From positions 3,139 through 67,138 of the IMG/VR virus record IMGVR_UViG_3300036818_000107: a DNA stretch of 64,000 bases; one strand, given 5' to 3'. This document shows, piece after piece, positions 1 through 7,885 of this stretch. The position numbers were made by a program, and so were the translations under genes. This stretch comes from a virus. The notes under the pieces were generated by a model. It saw only the letters and a program-made list of their open reading frames with translations. It ran no database searches and was not told the DNA's origin. Within the stretch, counting starts at the first letter, position 1. Every line of letters begins with the position of its first letter.

Positions 1-74
1 AGACGGGTCATGAAATGCTTGTGCTCAGAGCAGGTCCCGATACAGTAGCCGCGATTTGGTGTTTTAGTTGCCAT
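1..74 (-). CDS. Partial small Cys/His protein (MATKTPNRGYCIGTCSEHKH...), running off the window edge
   Basis: ATG at 74 after AAGGAG. GTCSEH resembles GICSTH of 62472..62720 in the homologous module. Confidence 0.55.
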   Translation of the reverse strand, partial: MATKTPNRGYCIGTCSEHKHFMTR

Positions 75-80
75 GTGTGT

Positions 81-162
81 TAATATCTCCTTGATGTAAA
101 GACGAGGAACCCGGAGGTTCCGACTAGCCCGAGTGAAGTAGAGAGCCACTCGGGCTTTTTTT
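81..162. ncRNA. Double-hairpin leader or candidate antisense RNA, copy 1
   Basis: GGAACC/GGTTCC (106-121) and AGCCCGAGTG/CACTCGGGCT (126-156) followed by a T-tract. Same layout at 62722-62808. Confidence 0.5.
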
Positions 163-182
163 GTGCTTTTCAAGACACTCTT

Positions 183-309
183 ATTATGAAGCATATGCTT
201 CAATTTGTCAATGGTTTTTGCTATGAAATTGAAGCATATAATGGAAATTTGGGGAAATTGAAAATTGGTCTCTAAACCCCTTGACAAATTGAAGCATATG
301 CGGTATATT
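183..309. promoter_or_regulatory. Divergent sigma70 promoters with repeated operator TGAAGCATATGCTTCA
   Basis: Minus strand TTGACA(206-211)-17-CATAAT; plus strand TTGACA(281)-17-TATATT. Palindrome at 187-202, partial copies at 226-240 and 286-301. Confidence 0.8.
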
Positions 310-349
310 ATGAATGTGCAACGGCACACGAAACGTTTGACTAAGGAGT

Positions 350-628
350 ATGGCTATGCCAAGTGAGGAGCAACAGCCAAATAGTGAGGGAGATGACAAG
401 CTGAAAGAGTGGTATACCGCTGGGCAAGCTGCAAAAAAGCTAAGCGAAAACAGCGGGAAGCCAATCGATCCCGATTACGTTTTCAAGCTTGCTTATCTGG
501 GGAAAATAAGCACTATGAAGCTGGGTATACGGGTAACTCTCTACAGCAAAAAGGATGTGGATAGTTACAAAGTCGGAGGTAGAGGTAGAAGACCTGCCAA
601 GGACAGCAAGCAAGCAGACGCGGCATAG
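350..628 (+). CDS. Xis/MerR-like HTH regulator
   Basis: WYTAGQAAKKL HTH pattern. Paralog of 37728..37952. Ends in AA. Confidence 0.7.
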   Translation: MAMPSEEQQPNSEGDDKLKEWYTAGQAAKKLSENSGKPIDPDYVFKLAYLGKISTMKLGIRVTLYSKKDVDSYKVGGRGRRPAKDSKQADAA

Positions 629-766
629 CCTGGGCACGTGGCCTATCAACTGATGAGGCAGACAGAGCCACGAGCCAGTAACTATTGATGTAAGTATAGT
701 GAAGATTGCACCATTTGTGCAAGGTGCAAATGTTCTACTCCCGTTTGGGAGGAAAGGAGTGATTGA

Positions 767-937
767 ATGGCACAGCAGAACGGCTTTACCGACATTGCAC
801 TGAGAGAAGTGCATACAGGTGAGAAGACGATTGAGGATCTCGAGCGCAAAGTCAAGTTTCTCAGCAAGAGATCGGATGAGACATCTCATAAGATGCTTGA
901 AGGCATCCAAGCAGCTCTCGACATTCTGAAGAAGTAG
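767..937 (+). CDS. 56-aa hypothetical protein (MAQQNGFTDIALREVH...), absent from the ORF track
   Basis: AAGGAG RBS; near-identical copy starts at 63841. Confidence 0.75.
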   Translation: MAQQNGFTDIALREVHTGEKTIEDLERKVKFLSKRSDETSHKMLEGIQAALDILKK

Positions 938-993
938 CGCGTCGATAGTCGGTCTGGGTGCCGTAAAGCCCGTAGTGCAAGAGAGGAGTTGAA

Positions 994-1134
994 TTGAAGC
1001 TAATCCGATATCTAGTCGGTGCTTGGGTAGCTGCTGAGATGATCGCAAGCTTCTTGGAGAGGACTGAGCATCGCGGTTTTTGTAGAGGGTATGAGGAAGG
1101 GATGGAAGATTTCTATCCAGAGGAGGAAGCATGA
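994..1134 (+). CDS. 46-aa hypothetical protein (MKLIRYLVGAW...)
   Basis: GAGGAG RBS, TTG start, stop overlaps the next ATG (ATGA). Confidence 0.55.
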   Translation: MKLIRYLVGAWVAAEMIASFLERTEHRGFCRGYEEGMEDFYPEEEA

Positions 1135-1556
1135 ATCAACCCACTGAAGACCGCTTGAAGCATCTCGAAGCTGAGCAGAAGCAGCTCAAAGAGCAAGTGC
1201 AGCGTATTGAGCAAGCCACGGAGCCTATCAATGTCAGGATCGAGCGTGGGTTGCCAGTCCCAGAGGCACAACTGCTGCAAACGCTTGTCACCATGGCAGG
1301 GACCAATGCCACGGAAATGGCACTGCTCAAAGGCGAGATGCTAGAGGTGAGAGCTGATATCACAGCGATTAGAGAGAGTCAGGCCGACTTTCGAGACACG
1401 CTCGAAGAAGTCAGGTCAACTCTAGCAACAACAGTGGCGAGCAAAGGCAATATCGATGCCGTTGACACGCGAGTCCATGTCGTTGAGCAGATTCAGCAAG
1501 AGCATGGCGGGATGCTGAGAGAGATCTTGGCACGACTGCCAGAGAAAGATAAGTAG
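1131..1556 (+). CDS. Coiled-coil hypothetical protein
   Basis: GAGGAGG RBS and heptad pattern. Confidence 0.7.
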   Translation: MNQPTEDRLKHLEAEQKQLKEQVQRIEQATEPINVRIERGLPVPEAQLLQTLVTMAGTNATEMALLKGEMLEVRADITAIRESQADFRDTLEEVRSTLATTVASKGNIDAVDTRVHVVEQIQQEHGGMLREILARLPEKDK

Positions 1557-1564
1557 TGTGTAGC

Positions 1565-1670
1565 GATCTACTCTTGAGTAGCCGTAGGAAGCCTCAAGAG
1601 TAGATCTGACCCTAAAGCAAGAGTTAGCCTTGCCAGGACTGGTGTGAGTTTAAACCTCCTGGCTGGCAAG
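1565..1670 (+). promoter_or_regulatory. Double-hairpin leader before the membrane/ATPase operon
   Basis: GATCTACTCTTGAG..CTCAAGAGTAGATC and CTTGCCAG..CTGGCAAG, then AAGGAGG. Confidence 0.55.
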
Positions 1671-1687
1671 AGTCAAGGAGGTTTTTT

Positions 1688-1924
1688 ATGTCTACAGAGA
1701 AACAGGGACCATATCACATTGAAGAGCGTCCCAGCCCACATGGCAAGCTTGTGCGTGTCCAGGCGCATAAGACATTTACCCCAAGAATAAGCACATCGCT
1801 CCCGGTGAGTAGAAATGGCGCGATGTATGAGTTGCCTGCATTTAATTTAAGCAGTGGCGAAAAGCTTATATTGAGCATGGTAGAAGAGGACGATGTGGTG
1901 ATTGACGGTGGAGGTGCAGCATAA
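1688..1924 (+). CDS. Hypothetical protein, first gene of the transfer-like operon
   Basis: AAGGAGG RBS; coupled to the next ORF. Confidence 0.7.
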   Translation: MSTEKQGPYHIEERPSPHGKLVRVQAHKTFTPRISTSLPVSRNGAMYELPAFNLSSGEKLILSMVEEDDVVIDGGGAA

Positions 1925-2106
1925 TGGAGAATCGAAAGAGAGTTATGAAACCAATAAATATTGCCAAGATAGCTCTTACAGCATTAATGCTGTTTATGGC
2001 GATCCTTATGCTAATAGAGCATAAGCCATATGGGTATGTTGTGCTCGTACTTGCGTTTATGTGCTTCATGTCGATTTTTAGCAAATACCCAAGCAGGAAG
2101 AGGTGA
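1924..2106 (+). CDS. Small 2-TM membrane protein
   Basis: Two hydrophobic segments with basic termini. Confidence 0.65.
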   Translation: MENRKRVMKPINIAKIALTALMLFMAILMLIEHKPYGYVVLVLAFMCFMSIFSKYPSRKR

Positions 2107-2110
2107 TGGC

Positions 2111-2608
2111 ATGAAAGAGTCTCCACTTGTGCATTTTTGGCACACTCTGTGGTCTGGAATATTCTTCCTGCTCATATCCACATACAGCATCGGTAGTACA
2201 GAGAGTTGGATAAATGGTGGGACTGCTCAGAATGTCCGTCCGTCTTTTAGTGTATTCTGGCAAATCTACGATGTCTGGAACGGGGTCTATGCGGGAAGAG
2301 CAGCAGTAGCTATCTTGATAGCCTTCTTTCTGTGGTTCCTCTGGACAGGCATCGCATTCTACTTTGAAGCATATAAGATGCATCTAAATGCAATGCACAA
2401 AGGTGCTGGTGGAACGTTCATAACTGTCATATGGATTTTGACTGCTGTTGACTCCTATGCTAACTGGATAAGTGTCTCCACATGGAATATCGACTGGTAT
2501 TGGGAGGCGACTATCTCCATAGCCATTGGGGTGGCCCTCATGTACTTAGGGCATTTTGCCATAACCCACTTTCTCAAAGGATTGCAAGGTATGAAAGGAG
2601 GTGCTTGA
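2111..2608 (+). CDS. Multi-TM membrane protein (about 4 TM)
   Basis: GAGGTG RBS before ATG 2111; several hydrophobic helices. Confidence 0.75.
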   Translation: MKESPLVHFWHTLWSGIFFLLISTYSIGSTESWINGGTAQNVRPSFSVFWQIYDVWNGVYAGRAAVAILIAFFLWFLWTGIAFYFEAYKMHLNAMHKGAGGTFITVIWILTAVDSYANWISVSTWNIDWYWEATISIAIGVALMYLGHFAITHFLKGLQGMKGGA

Positions 2609-2610
2609 TC

Positions 2611-4059
2611 ATGGAAGATGATGGAGAGAAGCTGAAACCCAAAGCTACATTGACACCTAATGCCACAGGGGCGCTCGCAGCAGGCGGGGGAATTGTCGCT
2701 CTAGATGTGCTGACTCATGCAGGGCCCGCAGGGCTACTTGTAGCTGGTATCGGAACTTGGATCATGGCTCGCCACACGTCAGATTTCCTGTATATGAAGG
2801 ATAAATTGGTAAATCATTTTGTGCATTCTCCTGATACATCGGAGCAAGGTCCCAGCTTTGTTGATCGGTTGCTAAGTCGTAGCGCGGCAGAAGAGTCCGC
2901 ACCTGCAAGCTTGCCACAGGAGAGGAAAGCGTCTCTTCTCAAGAAGCTTGTAAGCACTCAGAATCAGAACGTCGTTGACCTGGGGCCAAATCTCCAGCTA
3001 GACATCAACGATATAGCGGGAAAAGCCACATTCATTTGTGGCATCCGCAGATCAGGGAAGACCACACTCGGTGTGAGGATGGCAGAAGAGATGGGTGGCA
3101 AGTTCAACATACCGATGCTTATCCCTGACCTCAAAGGGGACTGGCTGTCCTGTATCGACACACTGCCAAATGCTGTCATCCTGCGCCAGGGGGAGGCAAC
3201 AGAAAAGAATGCGGTCTCACATGGCTATGCGATCTGTGAAGAGGGGCTGCAGCTAATTCTTGACGTGGCCTCCTTCGATGATATGAGCGAAGCTGCTCTT
3301 GTCATAGCGGGAATGATAGCGGGACTATTCCTCTGGGAGAAAAAGCATCCAGACGCCCGGCGCTTGTGTGCAGTCTTTCTTGACGAGGCACAATCCTACT
3401 TGCCTCAAGATGTGAAGGACAGCATCATAAGCGACCCGGTAGCTAGAGACGCGATGATGAATGCCTACATGCAGGTGCTAGCCGTTGGTGGCTCTCTGGG
3501 CTTGTTCCCGGTCATTCTCACTCAGCGGATATCCCAAGTAGCTAAGAAAATTGTCGCTCAGTCAGAGCTGGCGTTCCTGCTGAAGCAGACAATGGACCTG
3601 GATATCAACAGGTACCAGAGCTTCACAACTGTGCAAAAAGAGAAGATCAGAGCACTGAAACAGGGACAAGGGATCTATGTGGATATCGAGGGTGCAAGCT
3701 CAGTCCACATGTTCCACAAGAGGACATCTTCGGACAGCATGTCACGGACTCCTAGCGTCAATGTGCCTCAAAAAGCTCCTGCTCCTGTGAGCAAGCAGCC
3801 GATTGAGGACTACGAGGATCTGCCTGATCTTTGGGAAGATGAAGACGAGGATGATTCGTTGCCAGTTGTCCCTGCCAGGAGAGAGTATCAATCAGTGAAA
3901 AGCGCGTCTGCTACGCCAGAGAGATTTAAGGCAGCATTAGCCGCTTATCAGGCCGGGAATACGTCCTCTCGCAAACTCGGGCAAGCTCTAGGGATCAATA
4001 AAGACAAAGCGGCTGGTCTGCTTCAGCAGATGAGAGCGGCACGGCTTATCGATGGATAG
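2611..4059 (+). CDS. Membrane-anchored FtsK/HerA-superfamily ATPase with C-terminal HTH (TraB-like architecture)
   Basis: N-terminal hydrophobic hairpin, Walker A GIRRSGKT, DLKGDW, Walker B VFLDEAQ, LTQR motif, and a C-terminal SSRKLGQALGINKDKA..RAARLID resembling the FtsK gamma domain. Confidence 0.8.
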   Translation: MEDDGEKLKPKATLTPNATGALAAGGGIVALDVLTHAGPAGLLVAGIGTWIMARHTSDFLYMKDKLVNHFVHSPDTSEQGPSFVDRLLSRSAAEESAPASLPQERKASLLKKLVSTQNQNVVDLGPNLQLDINDIAGKATFICGIRRSGKTTLGVRMAEEMGGKFNIPMLIPDLKGDWLSCIDTLPNAVILRQGEATEKNAVSHGYAICEEGLQLILDVASFDDMSEAALVIAGMIAGLFLWEKKHPDARRLCAVFLDEAQSYLPQDVKDSIISDPVARDAMMNAYMQVLAVGGSLGLFPVILTQRISQVAKKIVAQSELAFLLKQTMDLDINRYQSFTTVQKEKIRALKQGQGIYVDIEGASSVHMFHKRTSSDSMSRTPSVNVPQKAPAPVSKQPIEDYEDLPDLWEDEDEDDSLPVVPARREYQSVKSASATPERFKAALAAYQAGNTSSRKLGQALGINKDKAAGLLQQMRAARLIDG

Positions 4060-4143
4060 ACAGTCTAGACAGACACGTCTGATAGACGAATTTAAGCTCA
4101 GAATCACCCTGTCAGACACTTTTGTCTAGACGATTTAGACAGA
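4057..4143. repeat. Cluster of YAGAC short repeats (clt-like locus)
   Basis: Seven YAGAC copies (AGAC at 4058, 4067, 4071, 4084, 4114, 4128, 4137) plus three inverted GTCT within about 87 bp. Confidence 0.7.
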
Positions 4144-4160
4144 AAAAGGGACTTATAGCA

Positions 4161-5411
4161 ATGGACATATCCTATCTCTTCAATTCATACATCACATCGG
4201 CAGTCGCGGCCCTAGTCGGTAGTCTCGCTATCCTCTGGCTGGCCTGGTCGAGTCGATCAGCTCTAGCCAGTTGGGTGACGTGGCTCCAAAAGAAACTGTT
4301 CACTCGTTCTGGTTTCTTCTGGACTGTCAACATTATCTTCATGGCAGTCAGTGTCATCCATGCAGGTGTGTTTTTCGGCATCACTGGCAACGGTCATGAT
4401 ATCCCAGGAGTTGCACAGTATCTTGGTTTTGCAGTCTCGTTCTTTCTCGACTTGGTAACCATCATTTTGATGCAAGCTTTACTCGAAGCAAAGTACCGAT
4501 CTGATGAGTTGAGGGCACGGCAATTTTTGCTCTTTATCACCATCTGCTGTGCGACCAGCACCTTTGCAAATCTGGCAATATCATTGAACGATTTTGACGC
4601 TACAACCTTGCTTCCAAATGCGCCATTTTGGATCCAAATTGCGGCACCATATGTACTGGCATCATTCCCGTTATTCGTGATCCTTATGAGTATCGCTGCA
4701 GAGATGATTGTGAACGTCAGACCACTGGATAGTTTGAACGAGGAAGAGTACGAAGCTGATGAGAAAAAGCGCGTCAAGTTGATGCAGATCCGCAACGACT
4801 ATTTGCAACGTCAGGCGGATGAGGAATTGCGTGCTTTGCAGATCCGCAGCCAGATGCAAATGAACAAGCGGATGAGGGCTGGCAGACTGCCGAATTCGTT
4901 CCGTTGGTTCTGGGAAAAGCCGATCGATATTGACGCTGTTATAGCTGGTGTGAGTACGCAATTGAAAGCCGCGTATGAGCCACAAATTGACGCACTAAAA
5001 CAGCAGTTGGAGGAGGTCAAAAATCAGCAACCTATTATGCAATCTGAAGAGCAGATAGAGACCTTCCTGGACGACAATTTAGAGTCTCCAATTGTGCAGA
5101 CTGAAGACTCGCAGCCAGTGCAAAATAGTATTGCGCCGAGTGCAGATTCGAGCGTTCCTCCAGTGCAGAAAAAAGCACAACCTGCGGACGCAAAACAGCG
5201 TGTGCAAAAGCTCCTCAAAAAGGATCCAAAATTGACTGCAAAACAGATAGCCGATAGGGCAGAAATATCCGAGTCCTATGCGCAAAAATTGAAAGCTCTC
5301 ATTGCAAAAGAGGCTGCTCCAAAACCTCGCAATACTGACGAATTGCCAGTACAAAACGGACACCGAAAAGTGACCCAGCCTCTGGCGGATTATGTGCCAT
5401 TGGAGGTCTAG
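4161..5411 (+). CDS. Multi-TM + coiled-coil + C-terminal HTH protein (DUF2637/SpdB2-like architecture)
   Basis: About 5 TM helices, a charged coiled coil, a P/Q linker, and HTH LTAKQIADRAEISESYAQKL. Confidence 0.7.
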   Translation: MDISYLFNSYITSAVAALVGSLAILWLAWSSRSALASWVTWLQKKLFTRSGFFWTVNIIFMAVSVIHAGVFFGITGNGHDIPGVAQYLGFAVSFFLDLVTIILMQALLEAKYRSDELRARQFLLFITICCATSTFANLAISLNDFDATTLLPNAPFWIQIAAPYVLASFPLFVILMSIAAEMIVNVRPLDSLNEEEYEADEKKRVKLMQIRNDYLQRQADEELRALQIRSQMQMNKRMRAGRLPNSFRWFWEKPIDIDAVIAGVSTQLKAAYEPQIDALKQQLEEVKNQQPIMQSEEQIETFLDDNLESPIVQTEDSQPVQNSIAPSADSSVPPVQKKAQPADAKQRVQKLLKKDPKLTAKQIADRAEISESYAQKLKALIAKEAAPKPRNTDELPVQNGHRKVTQPLADYVPLEV

Positions 5412-5424
5412 GTGATCATCTGCA

Positions 5425-5462
5425 ATAGCTCTGTGTTGGGATGTCAACACAGAGCTATTTTT
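5425..5462 (+). terminator. Intrinsic terminator
   Basis: AATAGCTCTGTGTTG..CAACACAGAGCTATT plus T-tract. Confidence 0.8.
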
Positions 5463-5542
5463 ATGCTCTTTACCGGACATGACCGGGTGTGTGAGTAATG
5501 CTATAATTTTGTTACCGGGTATGTACGGATGAGGGAGGAACG

Positions 5543-6193
5543 ATGAAGTATTTAACAGCCATTGAAGCGTCAAAGCGCATAGGAGTAGCTGAGAAGACAA
5601 TACGGCTATGGGTCAAACAGGGAAAGCTAGAGGCTCATCACCCAGCCAAGAACCGTCTAGCCATTGCAGAGGCCGATGTAGAGCGGATGGCACAAGAACG
5701 TCAACTCTACTATGGCACTAGACCGGAAATGTCCTCATCTACCCACACGTTACCGGATGCTTCCGTACATGACGACATAGAGCAGAGGTTGGCATCCATG
5801 GCCCAGTCAATCGCCAACCTCAACGCCACTATAGATATCCAATCACGCAGGCTCAACGAGCTGACCAAACGTGTTGCAGAGCTAGAGGCTAGGAACGTCC
5901 CTACACAGCCCGTCCCACCGTCAACCACTGCTGATACCATCCCACAACCAAAGCCTCAGATTGCCACTACAGCCATAAATAGCCTACCTGACGGCTGCAT
6001 ATTGGCGCGTGATTTTGCACGGATGCATGGCGTGCCTGAGAGTAGCTTTCGTCGTCATATTGCTAGTGGTATTGGCGGTGACATGGTAGAAGCTGGGTCG
6101 TCTAAGCACGGGCGCTACCTGACTCCTGAGCAGCAGGAAGCAACTCTTGAGTTTTGGCAGAGGCACAATGTTAAATTTACACGGCTAGAATAA
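5543..6193 (+). CDS. Xis-like HTH protein with coiled coil and second HTH
   Basis: YLTAIEASKRIGVAEKTIRLWVKQGKL; TGCTATAAT extended -10 at about 5499. Confidence 0.8.
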   Translation: MKYLTAIEASKRIGVAEKTIRLWVKQGKLEAHHPAKNRLAIAEADVERMAQERQLYYGTRPEMSSSTHTLPDASVHDDIEQRLASMAQSIANLNATIDIQSRRLNELTKRVAELEARNVPTQPVPPSTTADTIPQPKPQIATTAINSLPDGCILARDFARMHGVPESSFRRHIASGIGGDMVEAGSSKHGRYLTPEQQEATLEFWQRHNVKFTRLE

Positions 6194-6273
6194 GAGTGGT
6201 ATTGACACCAATTGATATGATAGAGGCATTGACTGTACACCAACCATAAAAAGTAAAGGAGATTATACAAGAC

Positions 6274-6462
6274 ATGTCTGAATTGATGACAGTTTCAGAA
6301 GTTGCTGACGCTTTGCGTGTCGATGCGACAACTGTGCGCCGCTGGGTTAAAAACGGAGTGCTTGAGGCCGTCGTTTTACCCCACCAGAACAAGCGTCAAG
6401 CGTATCGTATCAAGCGATCGACACTGGAAACGCTGTTGAGCAACACGACTGCTGCAGCATAG
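6274..6462 (+). CDS. Excisionase-like HTH_17 protein
   Basis: LMTVSEVADALRVDATTVRRWVKNGVL. Confidence 0.85.
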   Translation: MSELMTVSEVADALRVDATTVRRWVKNGVLEAVVLPHQNKRQAYRIKRSTLETLLSNTTAAA

Positions 6463-6519
6463 CCAAGACGCAAAGGGAGCATTCTGAAAAATGAGTGCTC
6501 TTTCTTTTTGCCTATCTCT

Positions 6520-6604
6520 AGATGCATGACGGGTTTTACGGGATGTCAAAAAGTGACTTGAAAAGGTATTGACAATCATCTTGAATATATGTTATCATTC
6601 AAGA
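6520..6604 (+). promoter_or_regulatory. Cassette boundary motif, promoter and operator (cassette A)
   Basis: AGATGCATGACGGG at 6520; TTGACA(6569)-18-TATCAT with TG; inverted repeat TCTTGAAT/ATTCAAGA. Confidence 0.75.
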
Positions 6605-6642
6605 GTACCAAGTGAGGTGCGAGAAAACGAAGGAGCAAGCAG

Positions 6643-7242
6643 ATGAGAACCATCGAAACAGGGAAATACAAAGGCAAAACCCTAGCAAATTGTCCAGTAG
6701 AGTATCTGAAATGGGCAAGCAAGCATGAGCACGTTTATGCAAAGGGGAATCGGTGGGTCTCACAAGATGCGAAGTTCCTGCTCGAAAAGGAAGAGGTTGT
6801 TGTGATTGATCATGAAATTCCGTTCGGAAGATATCGCGGACAGAAGCTCAGTCAGCTTTCTCGTGATTATCTGGTCTGGATGCAAGATGCCGATTATAAT
6901 CCCAAGCCAATTATCCGCAATGGAGTGGATTGGACAGAGTTGGCAATCCAAGAGCTGGGCCGTCGCCGTCAGGCAGTCAGGCAAGAGATCGAAGAGTCTC
7001 TCAAAGTATTCTCCTATCTGCCTGATGAGAAGGGCGATAGGCTTACTGAGATCTTGGCAGATGAGTTGGTAAAATCAGGCGTTTCATTCAGCGGTTCCAA
7101 CGATGTTGAGAATATGCTGTTGAAAGCTGGATACAGAGGCATGGGAATACGTGTCGATCCTCTACAGATCTTTGTTCGTGCGTCTCTTATCAAAAAGGGG
7201 CAATTGCCTCAGTACAACGAGAAAGGCGATAGGGTAAATTAA
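6643..7242 (+). CDS. Protein with two DUF3820/QSregVF_b-like domains
   Basis: GKYKGKTL..CPVEYLKW and PFGRYRGQKL..LSRDYLVW. Confidence 0.7.
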   Translation: MRTIETGKYKGKTLANCPVEYLKWASKHEHVYAKGNRWVSQDAKFLLEKEEVVVIDHEIPFGRYRGQKLSQLSRDYLVWMQDADYNPKPIIRNGVDWTELAIQELGRRRQAVRQEIEESLKVFSYLPDEKGDRLTEILADELVKSGVSFSGSNDVENMLLKAGYRGMGIRVDPLQIFVRASLIKKGQLPQYNEKGDRVN

Positions 7243-7505
7243 TGGGCAAGAATTGGGGAGGCGCTCGTCCTGGTGCTGGGGCACCAAAGATGAAAGATCG
7301 CGTCAATCAAAAGCTGCATGAGAAGGGCTGGAATTGGATGTCCAGTGCGGAGAAGTACATTCGAGTTGGACATCAGTACCCACAAGAGCGCCGCTACTGG
7401 ATCGCTCCGTACGTCTCTCCTGATGATAATGCCGTCAGGGAAAGGGACGCGCAAGGTTTCCGCTCTCTCAAAGAAATTGAGGAGTTTCTAGACGAGAGAA
7501 TATAG
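7242..7505 (+). CDS. Small putative DNA-binding protein
   Basis: N-terminal WGGARPGAGAPK motif, typical of small regulators. Confidence 0.6.
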   Translation: MGKNWGGARPGAGAPKMKDRVNQKLHEKGWNWMSSAEKYIRVGHQYPQERRYWIAPYVSPDDNAVRERDAQGFRSLKEIEEFLDERI

Positions 7506-7553
7506 TCCTAAGCTGCTAGACATCACGCTAGCAGCCCTCTTTTTTTCACCACA

Positions 7554-7668
7554 AGATGCATGACGGGCATGAACGACTTTCTAGCGAACTCTGGAATTGG
7601 TCTCTGAAAGCCTTGACAAGATATCTCAGATATCTTATACTTAGGACATCAGATGAGTATCTGAGATA
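7554..7668 (+). promoter_or_regulatory. Cassette boundary motif, promoter and operator (cassette B)
   Basis: Follows a terminator at 7512-7546. AGATGCATGACGGG at 7554; TTGACA(7613)-17-TATACT; palindrome AAGATATCTcAGATATCTT and inverted repeat TATCTCAGATA/TATCTGAGATA. Confidence 0.8.
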
Positions 7669-7691
7669 GTTAAACGAAAGAGGTAAACCAA

Positions 7692-7883
7692 GTGGAAAAT
7701 ATTACAACGATTAGCAATGACCAGCTTTTTGAACAGTACCCCGGACTTCATGAGCAGGCAAGCGAGACTTTGACCGATGAAGTCAACTACCCAGCCGTTG
7801 AGAGTTGGCAGGTAGAAACGGACAGTCAAGGGAACGTTCAGGGTGTCTACAGTCCCAATTTTGCATCTTGGTACAGAGGATAA
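7692..7883 (+). CDS. Small acidic hypothetical protein
   Basis: GAGGT RBS, GTG start; D/E-rich with almost no basic residues. Confidence 0.7.
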   Translation: MENITTISNDQLFEQYPGLHEQASETLTDEVNYPAVESWQVETDSQGNVQGVYSPNFASWYRG

Positions 7884-7885
7884 TC

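Noticed and set aside
629-690. CTGATGAG suggesting a hammerhead ribozyme
   Set aside because: No GAAA core after stem II; the sequence fits a single long hairpin instead.
440-1132. 230-aa minus-strand ORF and other long antisense ORFs (5079, 10841, 19584, 23893)
   Set aside because: They are shadows of better-supported genes that have RBSs on the opposite strand.
2611-4059. ATPase as part of a Sir2-HerA or nuclease-HerA defence system
   Set aside because: No adjacent effector nuclease or sirtuin; the neighbours are membrane proteins. Disfavoured but not excluded.
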